IMG/VR virus record: IMGVR_UViG_3300005329_000001
Direction: 5' to 3' (one strand)
DNA length: 64,000 nucleotides
From: a virus
Taxonomy: Duplodnaviria; Heunggongvirae; Uroviricota; Caudoviricetes
Each line of letters starts with the position of its first letter. Within the stretch, counting starts at the first letter, position 1. This document shows positions 18,590 to 27,554 of the stretch, piece by piece. A program made the position numbers and the translations under genes. Under the pieces are notes generated by a model. It searched no databases, was not told the origin of the DNA, and worked only from the letters and a program-made list of their open reading frames with translations.

Positions 18590-19024
18590 TTACCCTATTT
18601 TCGCCTCCGGCAGCCAAGTGTTCCGTGACCACAGGTAGTTGCGGTACTCGGTCAAACTCTGCACTGGTCGCTGAACGCTTGGTGACACTGGGATCATTGG
18701 TGGCCGGAGATGGCGCTTCCACCGCTTGAAGTCCCGGACTCGCTTCCTGATGTAGCCTCGCAGCGTCTTGGACCAGCAGACGTCGCACCAGCCGCGGTCC
18801 GGCGTGTAGCCGCGTCCCATGTCCTCGTACTCGGCTTCGCCGATGAGGTGCTTCATCTCGTCGCAGTCATCGCAGCCCCTGCACCAGGGAGTGCGGCGAG
18901 ATCCTCGATGATGGGAGCTGATGCAGATGAAAGTGAGGCAGGGTACTTCGTGTCTGCAGCCGCGTGCGCGGATGCGGTTCTCAGTTAGCTCAACGCCGTA
19001 CACGTCCCTTCCTGGTAGCAACAC
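18590..19024 (-). CDS. Cys-rich hypothetical protein
   Basis: 144-aa ORF, GTG start with SD aagggggtg; overlaps 3' end of 18990..19253 by 35 nt. Confidence 0.45.
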   Translation of the reverse strand: MLLPGRDVYGVELTENRIRARGCRHEVPCLTFICISSHHRGSRRTPWCRGCDDCDEMKHLIGEAEYEDMGRGYTPDRGWCDVCWSKTLRGYIRKRVRDFKRWKRHLRPPMIPVSPSVQRPVQSLTEYRNYLWSRNTWLPEAKIG

Positions 19025-19253
19025 GTTTCACCCCCTTGGCTGCGACACGCTTGCGAATGAGGATGTAGCGGCACGTCGGTCCGCGGCTCGGCTCCGTCGT
19101 GATGACGTAGCCGTCTTTCCGCAGGTCGTAGATCCTCGCCGGGGATCGCCTCCCGCACTTCTTGATCAACGCCTGCACAGGCACTCCTTTTGCTCCGCCC
19201 TTCTCGAGCAGAGACAAAACAGAGGCCTTCTTGGACAACGTATCTTTGCTCAT
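18990..19253 (-). CDS. small basic winged-helix-like DNA-binding protein
   Basis: 87-aa ORF, motif GAGATAAGAGggagtggagg directly upstream of ATG; basic C-terminus. Confidence 0.5.
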   Translation of the reverse strand: MSKDTLSKKASVLSLLEKGGAKGVPVQALIKKCGRRSPARIYDLRKDGYVITTEPSRGPTCRYILIRKRVAAKGVKRVATRKGRVRR

Positions 19254-19263
19254 CCTCCACTCC

Positions 19264-19273
19264 CTCTTATCTC
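19264..19273 (-). promoter_or_regulatory. GAGATAAGAG motif (putative phage-specific promoter -10-like element) upstream of 18990..19253
   Basis: motif abuts SD ggagtggagg of downstream ATG. Confidence 0.4.
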
Positions 19274-19286
19274 ACGATGATGGTCA

Positions 19287-21476
19287 CTATCCTCTCGACC
19301 GCAAATACTTCTCAAAATTCTGAATCACCAGATTCTGAAGTACGCGGTCGACAGAATTCTCGTCATCTCGAGAAGAGGCATTACGCCAGAAGCGAGGAGG
19401 TCCGAACATCTTCCTGCATTCCTGATCGTCGATGCCGCCGTCGATAACCAAGGTGTACACGTTCACACCTCTCTGCCGCGCCCATTGGATCTCCTTCATT
19501 ACATACTGCTGAAGGACCCAGGTGGGGAGGCCTTGTCCACTGCTCTTCGCGCTGCACGGCGATCCATCTGTCAGCAGGAAGAGGTATTTCGCCATTCCAG
19601 GGGACATCTGAGTCAGCAGGTATCGAGAAGCGACGCGGATCGCCGAGTGCATTGGGGTCAGGCCACCACACTCGACTGGGATTGAGTAATTCTTGCCGGC
19701 CGGCTTTGCAGAGCCCAAGTAGCCCTCGCATTCGCGGTCCCAGCGGTAGATCCAGACCTGACCACTTCTGTCGTATTTTCCACCCTCTCCGCCTCTGAAT
19801 CCCCAGCGCCGGCCATCAACGAAGGGGAAGCGAAGAGAGCGTCGGAGCATCTCTCCCGCATGCATTACTTGGTAAAGCCGCTCACCGTCCATCGAGCCGG
19901 ACATATCGCAAAGGGTGAGATATCCGAACCCTTGGTTGTTCATATCCTGCTCGAAGATCGAACTGTCATTCGGCTCGATAGCGAACTGAATCGCTGAGTC
20001 GACGTCGATGCTGACCCCGCTCTCGTTGCGCTGCATCTTCTGCCTACCGAGAGTCCTGAAGAAGACGCTGCGCATTCTCTCGACCGCTTCGAGCTCTTTC
20101 TCCTTCAGTGCGACCTTCGAGCGGATGTTCTCCGGCTTCACGTCGATGAAGAGAATCTTCGCCTTGGCGTCGGCCATGAGCTGGCTATCGGGAGAGACTT
20201 GCGTCATCCCATCGCGGAAGCTGTCGATTGCCTGTTGCATGTCCCCATCGATTTGACCGATGTCCTCATCGGTCGGGATAGCGCCGTCGACGTCCTGGAA
20301 GACCTGGGCGATTGCCGACCGCACGGCGTCGGGCACCGTGGTCATGTCGACTTTGTCGGGAAGGGGATGGTTCTCTTGCTCGTCGAACTGAGTCGAGTGG
20401 CGGATCAGAGAGCTGAGAGCATTGCTCACCTGTGACGCGTCGGGGACGGGTACATCGCCTGTCCCCTGGTCGTGTGGCTCGGAAGCACTGGCTGATTGCG
20501 ACGCTCCATCGGGAACGCTGCCTCCAGCTTGTCCCTGATCACTTGCTCCTCCGGCATCTCCTGGGGTGCCAGACGAAGCTCCGGCTCCGGCACTGCCCGC
20601 TTGGGCCTGCTGCGCATCTTGTCCTCCTTGTTGTGGCTGTTGTGGTGCCTGCGAAGGAGGGGGAGGATGCATCTCTTCGAGCAGTTTGTCTAGACACTGA
20701 TTCAGGGCAAGGCGGGCGACGACGAGGGATCGCTGGTATCCCTTGTACCGGATGTGGTGCATGCCCCATTCGATGCAAGGCCGAAGAGGCTCAAAAGGTC
20801 CATCTGATACGGTAGGAGTTCCAAGCGCAACGGCGAAGAGAAAGGCGATGAAGTTCTCGCTGTTGGCTTCTGCTCCTCGACTATTAGAAATACGCGTCCA
20901 TCGTCTCCAAATTCGATCCGCAGAGCCGGGGTAGAGAAGCTCCCAAAGAGAATTGCAGCGAATATCATCGAAGGCGTTGAGGACGTAGAAAAGGAATCTT
21001 TCGAGTTGCGCAGGATCAACATGTGGCGCCTTCTGCTTGAGTTCGTGGACCCAAGGCGCGAGGAAGAGCTTCGCAGTCTTGGGGTCCGTCTTGAAGAGAA
21101 TGTGCTGCCATTCGTGCTCGAACCCAAGGTAACCCTGCTCAGCTCCGCAAGTCATGCACGAGAGTGTATCGCCGGGCAGTACGTCGAGCTTGCCCTCCCA
21201 CTCGTGTCCGCAGGCGAGTCGGTAGGTATGCCGTCCTCGTGATTCGCCGAGCAGCTCCACCACCTCTTGGTCGATCGGATCGGCGAACTTCACCCAGATG
21301 GTGGAGGTGCAGTCCGTCTGATTCTGATGACCCTCCTGCACCCTGATGTCCTTCTTGTAGGCCCGCTTGAATGTATCGTTGGTGCGATAGATCGGGTTCT
21401 TGTCGATCGGAGCCTCATAGTGTCGATTTGGTGGAGGAGACTTGCCACCAGAAACATAGTAAGAGCTGTTCGCCAC
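19287..21476 (-). CDS. VWA-domain protein (CobT-like), partner of AAA+ ATPase
   Basis: C-terminal MIDAS LTLCDMSGSMDG ... FLLTDGSPC; central Gln/Gly/Ser-rich linker; 729 aa. Confidence 0.7.
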   Translation of the reverse strand: MANSSYYVSGGKSPPPNRHYEAPIDKNPIYRTNDTFKRAYKKDIRVQEGHQNQTDCTSTIWVKFADPIDQEVVELLGESRGRHTYRLACGHEWEGKLDVLPGDTLSCMTCGAEQGYLGFEHEWQHILFKTDPKTAKLFLAPWVHELKQKAPHVDPAQLERFLFYVLNAFDDIRCNSLWELLYPGSADRIWRRWTRISNSRGAEANSENFIAFLFAVALGTPTVSDGPFEPLRPCIEWGMHHIRYKGYQRSLVVARLALNQCLDKLLEEMHPPPPSQAPQQPQQGGQDAQQAQAGSAGAGASSGTPGDAGGASDQGQAGGSVPDGASQSASASEPHDQGTGDVPVPDASQVSNALSSLIRHSTQFDEQENHPLPDKVDMTTVPDAVRSAIAQVFQDVDGAIPTDEDIGQIDGDMQQAIDSFRDGMTQVSPDSQLMADAKAKILFIDVKPENIRSKVALKEKELEAVERMRSVFFRTLGRQKMQRNESGVSIDVDSAIQFAIEPNDSSIFEQDMNNQGFGYLTLCDMSGSMDGERLYQVMHAGEMLRRSLRFPFVDGRRWGFRGGEGGKYDRSGQVWIYRWDRECEGYLGSAKPAGKNYSIPVECGGLTPMHSAIRVASRYLLTQMSPGMAKYLFLLTDGSPCSAKSSGQGLPTWVLQQYVMKEIQWARQRGVNVYTLVIDGGIDDQECRKMFGPPRFWRNASSRDDENSVDRVLQNLVIQNFEKYLRSRG

Positions 21477-21485
21477 GGGATACTC

Positions 21486-21911
21486 CTACTTGACGACTGG
21501 ACCATAAACATGAAACGCCACCGCTCCCATTTCCAGTAGGAAGCTGCCGAGATATGGGAGAGCGTAGGAGAACTTCTTTCCAACAACGTTCGTGTCCTCC
21601 TCTTCCGGCACCGTGCCTCCCGTCGGGATGACGTGATAGGTGTATGGCACGAGATTTCTATCGTTGGCGTCCACTTCTGCCCAGATCGAGACGTGCTCCT
21701 TCGGCACGGCGTAATTGCCCATGATCTTCGTCTGTGGATGAATGCCGCGGACGACGACGGTCTTGATGCGCCCGCTAATTCTGCGCACCACCGCGCCTCT
21801 CGGCATCTTGACGATGGCGGTGTAGGCCTTGAGCTCTCCAGTGAGCTCGCGGCGCTGCATCTCTTCTTCAGAACCGCCGAGCGGGAAATCGAACTCCTCG
21901 ATCGTTTTCAT
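21486..21911 (-). CDS. hypothetical protein
   Basis: internal ATG (MKTIEEF) of ORF 21486..21986; between AAA+ and VWA genes. Confidence 0.45.
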   Translation of the reverse strand: MKTIEEFDFPLGGSEEEMQRRELTGELKAYTAIVKMPRGAVVRRISGRIKTVVVRGIHPQTKIMGNYAVPKEHVSIWAEVDANDRNLVPYTYHVIPTGGTVPEEEDTNVVGKKFSYALPYLGSFLLEMGAVAFHVYGPVVK

Positions 21912-22141
21912 TCTTCCTCTCCCTTTCTGAAGTCCGAATACGTGCCGTCGCAGTAGCGCCAGCCGCTGATCTTGCATCGAACGCACTTCACGAAGGCAGC
22001 GGCATCATCAGGGCCAGCACCGCCGCGGAGTATCTTCTCTCTGAAGCTGTGCCAGCCGTTGTCGCAGAACCACAGACCAATGCGCTGCCATCTCGTGAGA
22101 CGCGTCTGAGCAGAGGCGGCGCTCTCACGATAGGGGTTCAC
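21908..22141 (-). CDS. small Cys-containing hypothetical protein
   Basis: 77-aa ORF with 4-nt overlaps to both neighbours. Confidence 0.4.
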   Translation of the reverse strand: MNPYRESAASAQTRLTRWQRIGLWFCDNGWHSFREKILRGGAGPDDAAAFVKCVRCKISGWRYCDGTYSDFRKGEEE

Positions 22142-23118
22142 TTGCCGTCCCAGAACTCAGTGACCGTGGCGCCCTTGAAGATGGAGCCCACCCGGGCCAG
22201 GGCGGTCTTCCTCTCCTCGCCCTCGTATTTGCACACCAGCATTTGAAGCGCAGGCTTCAGTCCGTTGGTGCGAACCGTCTGCAGCGTACGGACGATGTCT
22301 CGAGTGGAGAGGGCGTAGCCGATCGCCTTCTGCCTCGACTCCTTGGCGAATCGAAGCATCAGATCGGTGATGTCTTCCATCGCCGCATCCATCTGACCGA
22401 GATTGGCGCGGATGATCTGCTTCTCGTATTCGGTGGGCGGGTAGTCCGTCTCGATCTCGCTCATGCGAGACTTCAGATCCTCGTTGAGATCGTAGGTGCC
22501 TCCGTACACCGACGGATTCATCGTCCCGGTGAACCACACCGTGCAGCCCTGGTTGAGTCGGAAGGTCTGCCCAAGAGAGTCCACTTCCACCGCGCGCTCT
22601 TGCAGGACGCCGTTGAGCATCTTCTGCGACTGCGGAGTGAGGGCATTGAACTCCTCGAAGAGCAGGATGCACCTGCCGACTTCATTGGCGATGCGGATTG
22701 CCTTCGGCAGACCAGAGAGCACGAACTTCGTCTCTCGCCCCACCAGGACATATCGCCCGATGAGCTGCAAGTCCTTGGTGTTCTCTGAGCACTCCACCAC
22801 GACGAGTGGGATGCGCCAGGCGAAGGCTGCGGCTCGAATCGAGAGAGACTTCCCGTTGCCCTTCGGTCCCTTCAGCAAGAGATTGCCGTGGTCCTGAAAA
22901 GCGAGAGCTTGATACTGCGGCATCAACCCGAAGACGTCGACGAAGGGGACGGTCTGGTTGACCAAGAGCTCTGATGCAGGTGTGCAGATGATGGGGATGT
23001 GTTTCTCGTCGGCATGAGCCGACCGTTGGATCTCTCCTCGTGAGTAAAGGGATTCGATCAGCGCAGTCTTCTGATCAGCCGGCAGTCCATCGAGCCATTG
23101 GTTCCACGGATTCGACAT
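22138..23118 (-). CDS. MoxR/CobS-like AAA+ ATPase
   Basis: Walker A LLLKGPKGNGKS, Walker B CILLFEEFN, sensor TGTMNP; 326 aa. Confidence 0.8.
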   Translation of the reverse strand: MSNPWNQWLDGLPADQKTALIESLYSRGEIQRSAHADEKHIPIICTPASELLVNQTVPFVDVFGLMPQYQALAFQDHGNLLLKGPKGNGKSLSIRAAAFAWRIPLVVVECSENTKDLQLIGRYVLVGRETKFVLSGLPKAIRIANEVGRCILLFEEFNALTPQSQKMLNGVLQERAVEVDSLGQTFRLNQGCTVWFTGTMNPSVYGGTYDLNEDLKSRMSEIETDYPPTEYEKQIIRANLGQMDAAMEDITDLMLRFAKESRQKAIGYALSTRDIVRTLQTVRTNGLKPALQMLVCKYEGEERKTALARVGSIFKGATVTEFWDGK

Positions 23119-23244
23119 TCATCGCTCCTTGATAAGAAACGGATCTGGGATCACCGCGCTTATCCCGGAGGAGTTGTAGCGTTTTCCGTCGGTGCTGTCA
23201 GCTAAGAAAATGCCGGAGAAGATCCGGCGAGGAGTACTGGGGAA

Positions 23245-24105
23245 CTACTGGAGAGAGACGGTCCAGGGCATTGAAGCCGACACGTCGAAGGAGAACGAGG
23301 TCTGCGTCAGCGAGTAGGAGGAGAGACCCGTCGCCGCAACACTCATGCACCCCATCTGGTTCGGTCCCCCGGAATAGGACTGGTAGTTGATGAACGTCTG
23401 GGGCCAGTTCTGCCAGTAGAGCTTGGTGCCTTGGAAGGCCTGCCAGAAGAGCTGGTTCGAGAAGGTGAAGATGCCTTCATCCGACGAGACGTACGGAGTG
23501 CCAGTGCAGTTGTTCGTGGGGTAGTAGAACTTCGTCGGCTTCTGCGTGATGATGTAGTTGTACGGATAGTTGGCCACCGGGTTCGAGGTGTTGTTGGTCA
23601 TAGCGTAGAGGCCGACGCCGCCGTTGCCGAGAGGCGCGAGCATGCCGATGTACTGCGTCGTGCCGGCGAGCACACCAGTGACCTGCAGAGCTCTGCCGTC
23701 CTTGCCGGCCGCTCCAGCAACGCCCTGCGGTCCTTGAGCTCCCTGCGCACCGGTGTCGCCCTTCGGCCCCTGGATGCCCTGCGGGCCCTGAGCGCCCGTG
23801 TCGCCCTTGGGTCCCTGCATGCCCATCGGACCCTGGACACCTTGCACGCCTTGCGGACCCTGCACGCCCTGATCGCCCTTCGGGCCTTGGAGACCCTGGG
23901 CGCCGGTCATTCCAACATCACCCTTGTCGCCCTTCGCACCAGCAAGCCCTTGCGGGCCAGCGGGGCCAGGGACGCCCGAGCACACGCCGCCGTCAGCGGA
24001 CATGCACATCGGGATTTCGGCGGGCTTCTGCGCCCCGGCCGCGGAACCCGAATCGCAGCCAGCACTACCGATTGCCAGGAGAGACACCGCGAGGATGTAG
24101 CGCAT
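23245..24105 (-). CDS. collagen-like triple-helix repeat lipoprotein
   Basis: signal peptide MRYILAVSLLAIGSAGC (lipobox), ~35 GXY repeats (GPAGPQGLAGAKGDKGDVG...), C-terminal Tyr/Asn/Thr-rich globular domain. Confidence 0.7.
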   Translation of the reverse strand: MRYILAVSLLAIGSAGCDSGSAAGAQKPAEIPMCMSADGGVCSGVPGPAGPQGLAGAKGDKGDVGMTGAQGLQGPKGDQGVQGPQGVQGVQGPMGMQGPKGDTGAQGPQGIQGPKGDTGAQGAQGPQGVAGAAGKDGRALQVTGVLAGTTQYIGMLAPLGNGGVGLYAMTNNTSNPVANYPYNYIITQKPTKFYYPTNNCTGTPYVSSDEGIFTFSNQLFWQAFQGTKLYWQNWPQTFINYQSYSGGPNQMGCMSVAATGLSSYSLTQTSFSFDVSASMPWTVSLQ

Positions 24106-24557
24106 CAGTTGCCCCCTTTCTCAGCCAGATGGAACCGGCTATTGATGTGAATGACATCGTTCGTTTCCGAGCATTGAGCTTCACCATGAAGCACTGCTGG
24201 AGCGAACACTTCCTTGAACTTTGCCTTCAGGTCTTCCCACTTCTTGTCATCGATTCCAGGCCACACGAATCCCATCGATACCGCACAGGTCTTCTCGTGG
24301 CGATCGACCACTTTCTTGCTCAGATGAACCCTGATTCCGTACTCCTCGAAATCGATGCCGGCGACTCCCTGAACCTTGTGAAGGTCCACCCCGAACATCG
24401 ACTGCAGCACCTTGCATCGAGTCATGAGGAAGTCCCTGCGGAATGCCTCACTCAGCGAGTGGTCCAGATGCCAGACCATGAGAGTGCAGAGCTCGGAGCC
24501 CTCTCGCACCAGAGCGCCTCGAACCACACACTCGCCTGCTTCTTCCTCTCGCTGCAT
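24105..24557 (-). CDS. hypothetical protein
   Basis: 150-aa ORF, SD ggaggagaagca; stop overlaps start of collagen-like gene. Confidence 0.5.
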   Translation of the reverse strand: MQREEEAGECVVRGALVREGSELCTLMVWHLDHSLSEAFRRDFLMTRCKVLQSMFGVDLHKVQGVAGIDFEEYGIRVHLSKKVVDRHEKTCAVSMGFVWPGIDDKKWEDLKAKFKEVFAPAVLHGEAQCSETNDVIHINSRFHLAEKGGN

Positions 24558-24623
24558 TGCTTCTCCTCCCCCACAGAGGTCAATAGAAGGGTGTGCCCTG
24601 GATCTACTGCTTTCCAGGCTAAG

Positions 24624-24633
24624 AGCTTATCTC
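24624..24633 (-). promoter_or_regulatory. GAGATAAGCT motif upstream of 24105..24557
   Basis: ~75 nt upstream of ATG. Confidence 0.3.
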
Positions 24634-24651
24634 AGATCTGAGAGGGTGGTT

Positions 24652-25299
24652 TTACTTTGAGAGGGCTTCGGAGCTGGCTGGGGCGGTCATGGCACCCCTA
24701 GTCCAGTCTGGAGAGTCTTCTTCAGGCCCCTCATACACCTTCCCGATCTTGTAGACCTTTCCACTATTCACATCGATGAGAGCCGACTTGAGGTCCATCG
24801 GCATTTCGACTCGTGTGGCGGCCGCCTGCTGCACAGCCTGTGTGTGCATCGCTGGTGGAAGGTGAAGCTTCGATGGCGCCCGAGAGTGTTCTTCGCGTGC
24901 GTGAATGGTCAGGAAGCTTTCAACAGCGCGGACGTGTCCCGACAGCTCAGCGATCGCCTTGCTGTATTCCTTGTCGTTCTTCTGCAGCTCTTCGACTGCG
25001 ACCTTCGTTGCCGCGTAGCCGGCCTCCGCTTCCGCCTTGGTCTCATTGGCCTTCATCTGGGCCTCTACCTTGGCCGCCCGATACGAGAAGTAGCTAGTGA
25101 TGAGAGGTGGGATGGCCACCACCAGCAAGACCAGCCACCAGGGGCTCTTGCGGTACTTCTTGAGTATGCCTTCGGGTGAGGTGTGGGACTCGTCCTCGTG
25201 CTGCTCTGCTGCGTTGTGCATGAGCGAAGTTTGGATCGGAACCTCGTCGCTGGGAAGGACAGCTAAGAAGAAGCGAGAGTACATCCTCGCTTCTTCCAA
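24652..25299 (-). CDS. single-pass membrane protein with periplasmic coiled-coil (spanin/holin-like topology)
   Basis: TM WWLVLLVVAIPPLITSYF then coiled coil; start ambiguous (TTG 25299 or ATG 25284). Confidence 0.45.
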   Translation of the reverse strand: MEEARMYSRFFLAVLPSDEVPIQTSLMHNAAEQHEDESHTSPEGILKKYRKSPWWLVLLVVAIPPLITSYFSYRAAKVEAQMKANETKAEAEAGYAATKVAVEELQKNDKEYSKAIAELSGHVRAVESFLTIHAREEHSRAPSKLHLPPAMHTQAVQQAAATRVEMPMDLKSALIDVNSGKVYKIGKVYEGPEEDSPDWTRGAMTAPASSEALSK

Positions 25300-25301
25300 G
25301 G

Positions 25302-25454
25302 CTAGCGGCCGGGCGCCACGACCTCGACCTTCTTCTTCCCGGCGTTGTAGGCGATCGGAGCCGCGATCGCGGTCCCGGCCACCACACCACCGACGATGGC
25401 GAGAGTGAGAGTAGCGGTGGAGCTGAGGCCGAGAGCGACGAGAGACTTGAACAT
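25302..25454 (-). CDS. small single-TM protein, paralog family member 1 (50 aa)
   Basis: MFKSLVALGLSSTATLTLAIVGGVVAGTAIAAPIAYNAGKKKVEVVAPGR; SD caggaggag; not on ORF track (<60 aa); paralogous to 35520..35750, 36429..36674, 36671..36908. Confidence 0.5.
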   Translation of the reverse strand: MFKSLVALGLSSTATLTLAIVGGVVAGTAIAAPIAYNAGKKKVEVVAPGR

Positions 25455-25544
25455 GTGGATCTCCTCCTGAAAAGGTTTGCTAGATCATCTGTCTAGCTTC
25501 ATAGGCCTTATAACCGGCTGTACGGGGGATTTGCAGAACTGAGG

Positions 25545-25991
25545 CTAGGCGGGGGTCTTATTGAGCGTTTCGAAGGGTATCAGAGCCTCTCGGAAGAGGT
25601 CTTCCACCATGCCACTGTTCTGGCTCTGGTAGTACTCGCGCACAACGACTCGGACGATGCCTGCGTTGATGATTCTCTTGGCGCATTCGTAGCACGGCGA
25701 CACGGTGCAGTAGAGCGTGCAGCCCTCCGCCATGATCCCAGCTTGATCGATGGCATTCGACTCGGCATGGAGGGTGCGGATGCAGCTCTGTCGGCCGTCG
25801 ATCTCCTTCATGAGATGCCCCACGTCGTCGCAGTGAGGCATCCCACGGGGAGATCCATTGTAGCCTGTGGAGACAATCGTCTTGGTCGCGTTGTTCACGA
25901 GAACCGCCCCCACATGCTTGCGATCGCACGTGGCTCTGGTTGCAGCATGATCTGCGATCCCCAGGAAGTACTCATCGACTGTCGGTCTCAT
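25545..25991 (-). CDS. dCMP deaminase (cytidine/deoxycytidylate deaminase family)
   Basis: zinc motifs HAESNAI and SPCYECAKRI (H-x-E ... PC-x2-C). Confidence 0.85.
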   Translation of the reverse strand: MRPTVDEYFLGIADHAATRATCDRKHVGAVLVNNATKTIVSTGYNGSPRGMPHCDDVGHLMKEIDGRQSCIRTLHAESNAIDQAGIMAEGCTLYCTVSPCYECAKRIINAGIVRVVVREYYQSQNSGMVEDLFREALIPFETLNKTPA

Positions 25992-26001
25992 TGTCTCTCC
26001 A

Positions 26002-26328
26002 TCAGGTGGTCGGTGGCGGGAGCATACCTGAGATCATTTGGTATGTCTGGTAGAGCTCGTACTGGGCCCAGCGAAGCATACCTTCGGCAGCCTGATTGAT
26101 GTCGGGCCAGGCATGGTGATCCCGCTTCGTGTAGCACTTGCCCTGGAGCGTCCCAACGAAGGGAAGCGGCTCCCGGGGCCGATACTCGATGATGAGGAAG
26201 AAGGGGAAGAGATGCATGGACCACGCGGTGTTAGTCTTGTTGGGAATCCACGCGTTCTCGTATGCCATCACCCCTGCCCCAGCCGCCGCATCAGCTTCTC
26301 TTTGCACTGGTGCCTGTATCTGTGGCAT
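26002..26328 (-). CDS. hypothetical protein
   Basis: 108-aa ORF; start uncertain (alt ATG 26268). Confidence 0.4.
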   Translation of the reverse strand: MPQIQAPVQREADAAAGAGVMAYENAWIPNKTNTAWSMHLFPFFLIIEYRPREPLPFVGTLQGKCYTKRDHHAWPDINQAAEGMLRWAQYELYQTYQMISGMLPPPTT

Positions 26329-26337
26329 GGCCCTACT

Positions 26338-26814
26338 TTACTTGGTGGGTGTGTTCTTGGGATCGATCCTACTGGGAGGGCGACCTTTCCCTGAACTTCT
26401 CTTCTTCGAGGCCTCCTTGTTTTGCCTCGCCTCCTCCTTCCGCCTCTTCCGCTCCTCGGCCTTGTCCTTCTGGCGCTGGAGGTAGCGGGCCTTGTCTTTC
26501 GCGGACTCTTCTCGCAGATCCCTGTTGATGTCTCCCTCGAGAGCGGTCAGCGCCTCGATGATGAAGCGGATCGGGTTGAAGTCTGCGATGTCGTGCTGGA
26601 AGTTCGGCATGATGCGCCCGTGCCGCGTGATATAGCCGCCGCGGGAGTGCTCGAAGCCGATGCTTGGGCTGTAGGTGCTGCCACTCTTGTCGAAGGAGAT
26701 ATGAACTCCGCTCTCCTTGTGGTGGTAGTCCTTGAAGCGCTTCCAGTGAGTCTCGCTATCCTCGGTTCTTTCCGGGCGGGAGCTGTTTTGGCCCTCGCCC
26801 TTCCCGTCGGTCAT
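26338..26814 (-). CDS. hypothetical protein with Lys/Arg/Glu-rich C-terminus
   Basis: 158-aa ORF. Confidence 0.45.
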   Translation of the reverse strand: MTDGKGEGQNSSRPERTEDSETHWKRFKDYHHKESGVHISFDKSGSTYSPSIGFEHSRGGYITRHGRIMPNFQHDIADFNPIRFIIEALTALEGDINRDLREESAKDKARYLQRQKDKAEERKRRKEEARQNKEASKKRSSGKGRPPSRIDPKNTPTK

Positions 26815-27466
26815 TTGAACCCTCCTTGGAGCCCAGCGCCGGTACTTCCAATCGTACGTGCTTTCCGAACTTGGGATCTTTCTGAACGCCCTGTGCGATG
26901 CGGGCGTTTTGCCACTCGCGGCCCTCGCTGTCGATCGCCGTCAGCCGCACGTAGAACTTGTAGATGGGATCCTTCTCGATGATCGACTTTGGGATGCCCG
27001 GATGGAGATACTCCAGCGCGGCGATGACGGTCTCGCGCATGGACTTGTCGGTATTGGGCGTCCCGAACTTCTTCTCCAGCAGGCCCCGCAGGCGGTGCTT
27101 CACCTGCTCGACTTGGTTGGGGTCCTGCTGAATGTAGCCGTAGCCCTGCTCCAGCTCTTGAGTCCTGGGAAGCAGGAAGGACTCAATCTCGGCTATTTCA
27201 TCCAACAGCTTGTTGTGGTTCTTGGCTTGCGCCAGGCTTCCCCACTCGGTGCGGTCTCTCGCGATGAAGTTCTGTGTGATCTCGATGCCGCGCTTCTTGG
27301 CTTCCTCCACCTCGTAGTCGCGAGGGTAAGACGCGATGATCCGCACCAGCAGCTTATCACCGCACTTGCACTCATACCACTCCGTGTCCGGGGGTTTGAG
27401 TCCCTCCACCTTTATACGCCGAAGACTTTGGTGATTGTCGCCGGTACAAGACATCTTATTTGACAC
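26756..27466 (-). CDS. hypothetical protein with N-terminal CxC...CxC
   Basis: 236-aa ORF; GGAGATAAG motif ~40 nt upstream; 3' end overlaps next gene by 59 nt. Confidence 0.5.
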   Translation of the reverse strand: MSNKMSCTGDNHQSLRRIKVEGLKPPDTEWYECKCGDKLLVRIIASYPRDYEVEEAKKRGIEITQNFIARDRTEWGSLAQAKNHNKLLDEIAEIESFLLPRTQELEQGYGYIQQDPNQVEQVKHRLRGLLEKKFGTPNTDKSMRETVIAALEYLHPGIPKSIIEKDPIYKFYVRLTAIDSEGREWQNARIAQGVQKDPKFGKHVRLEVPALGSKEGSNDRREGRGPKQLPPGKNRG

Positions 27467-27495
27467 CTCAATTTGAAAGGGTTTGGGGTACCCTT

Positions 27496-27507
27496 TCTTA
27501 TCTCCCA
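27496..27507 (-). promoter_or_regulatory. GGGAGATAAGAA motif upstream of 26756..27466
   Basis: ~40 nt upstream of ATG, downstream of hairpin 27529..27548. Confidence 0.35.
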
Positions 27508-27528
27508 GGGGGAGTTGAGGTTGCTAAA

Positions 27529-27548
27529 AGAGAGGAAGAATCCTCTCT
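27529..27548 (-). terminator. hairpin terminator with TTTAGC tail
   Basis: agagagga-ttctt-cctctct, just 3' of gene ending 27555. Confidence 0.4.
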
Positions 27549-27554
27549 AGAAGC

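Noticed and set aside
26756-26814. 59-nt overlap between 26338..26814 and 26756..27466 (similar overlaps at 53532..53629 and 58891..58958)
   Set aside because: Could be programmed frameshifts but no slippery heptamer seen; more likely ordinary overlaps or mis-set starts in a compact genome
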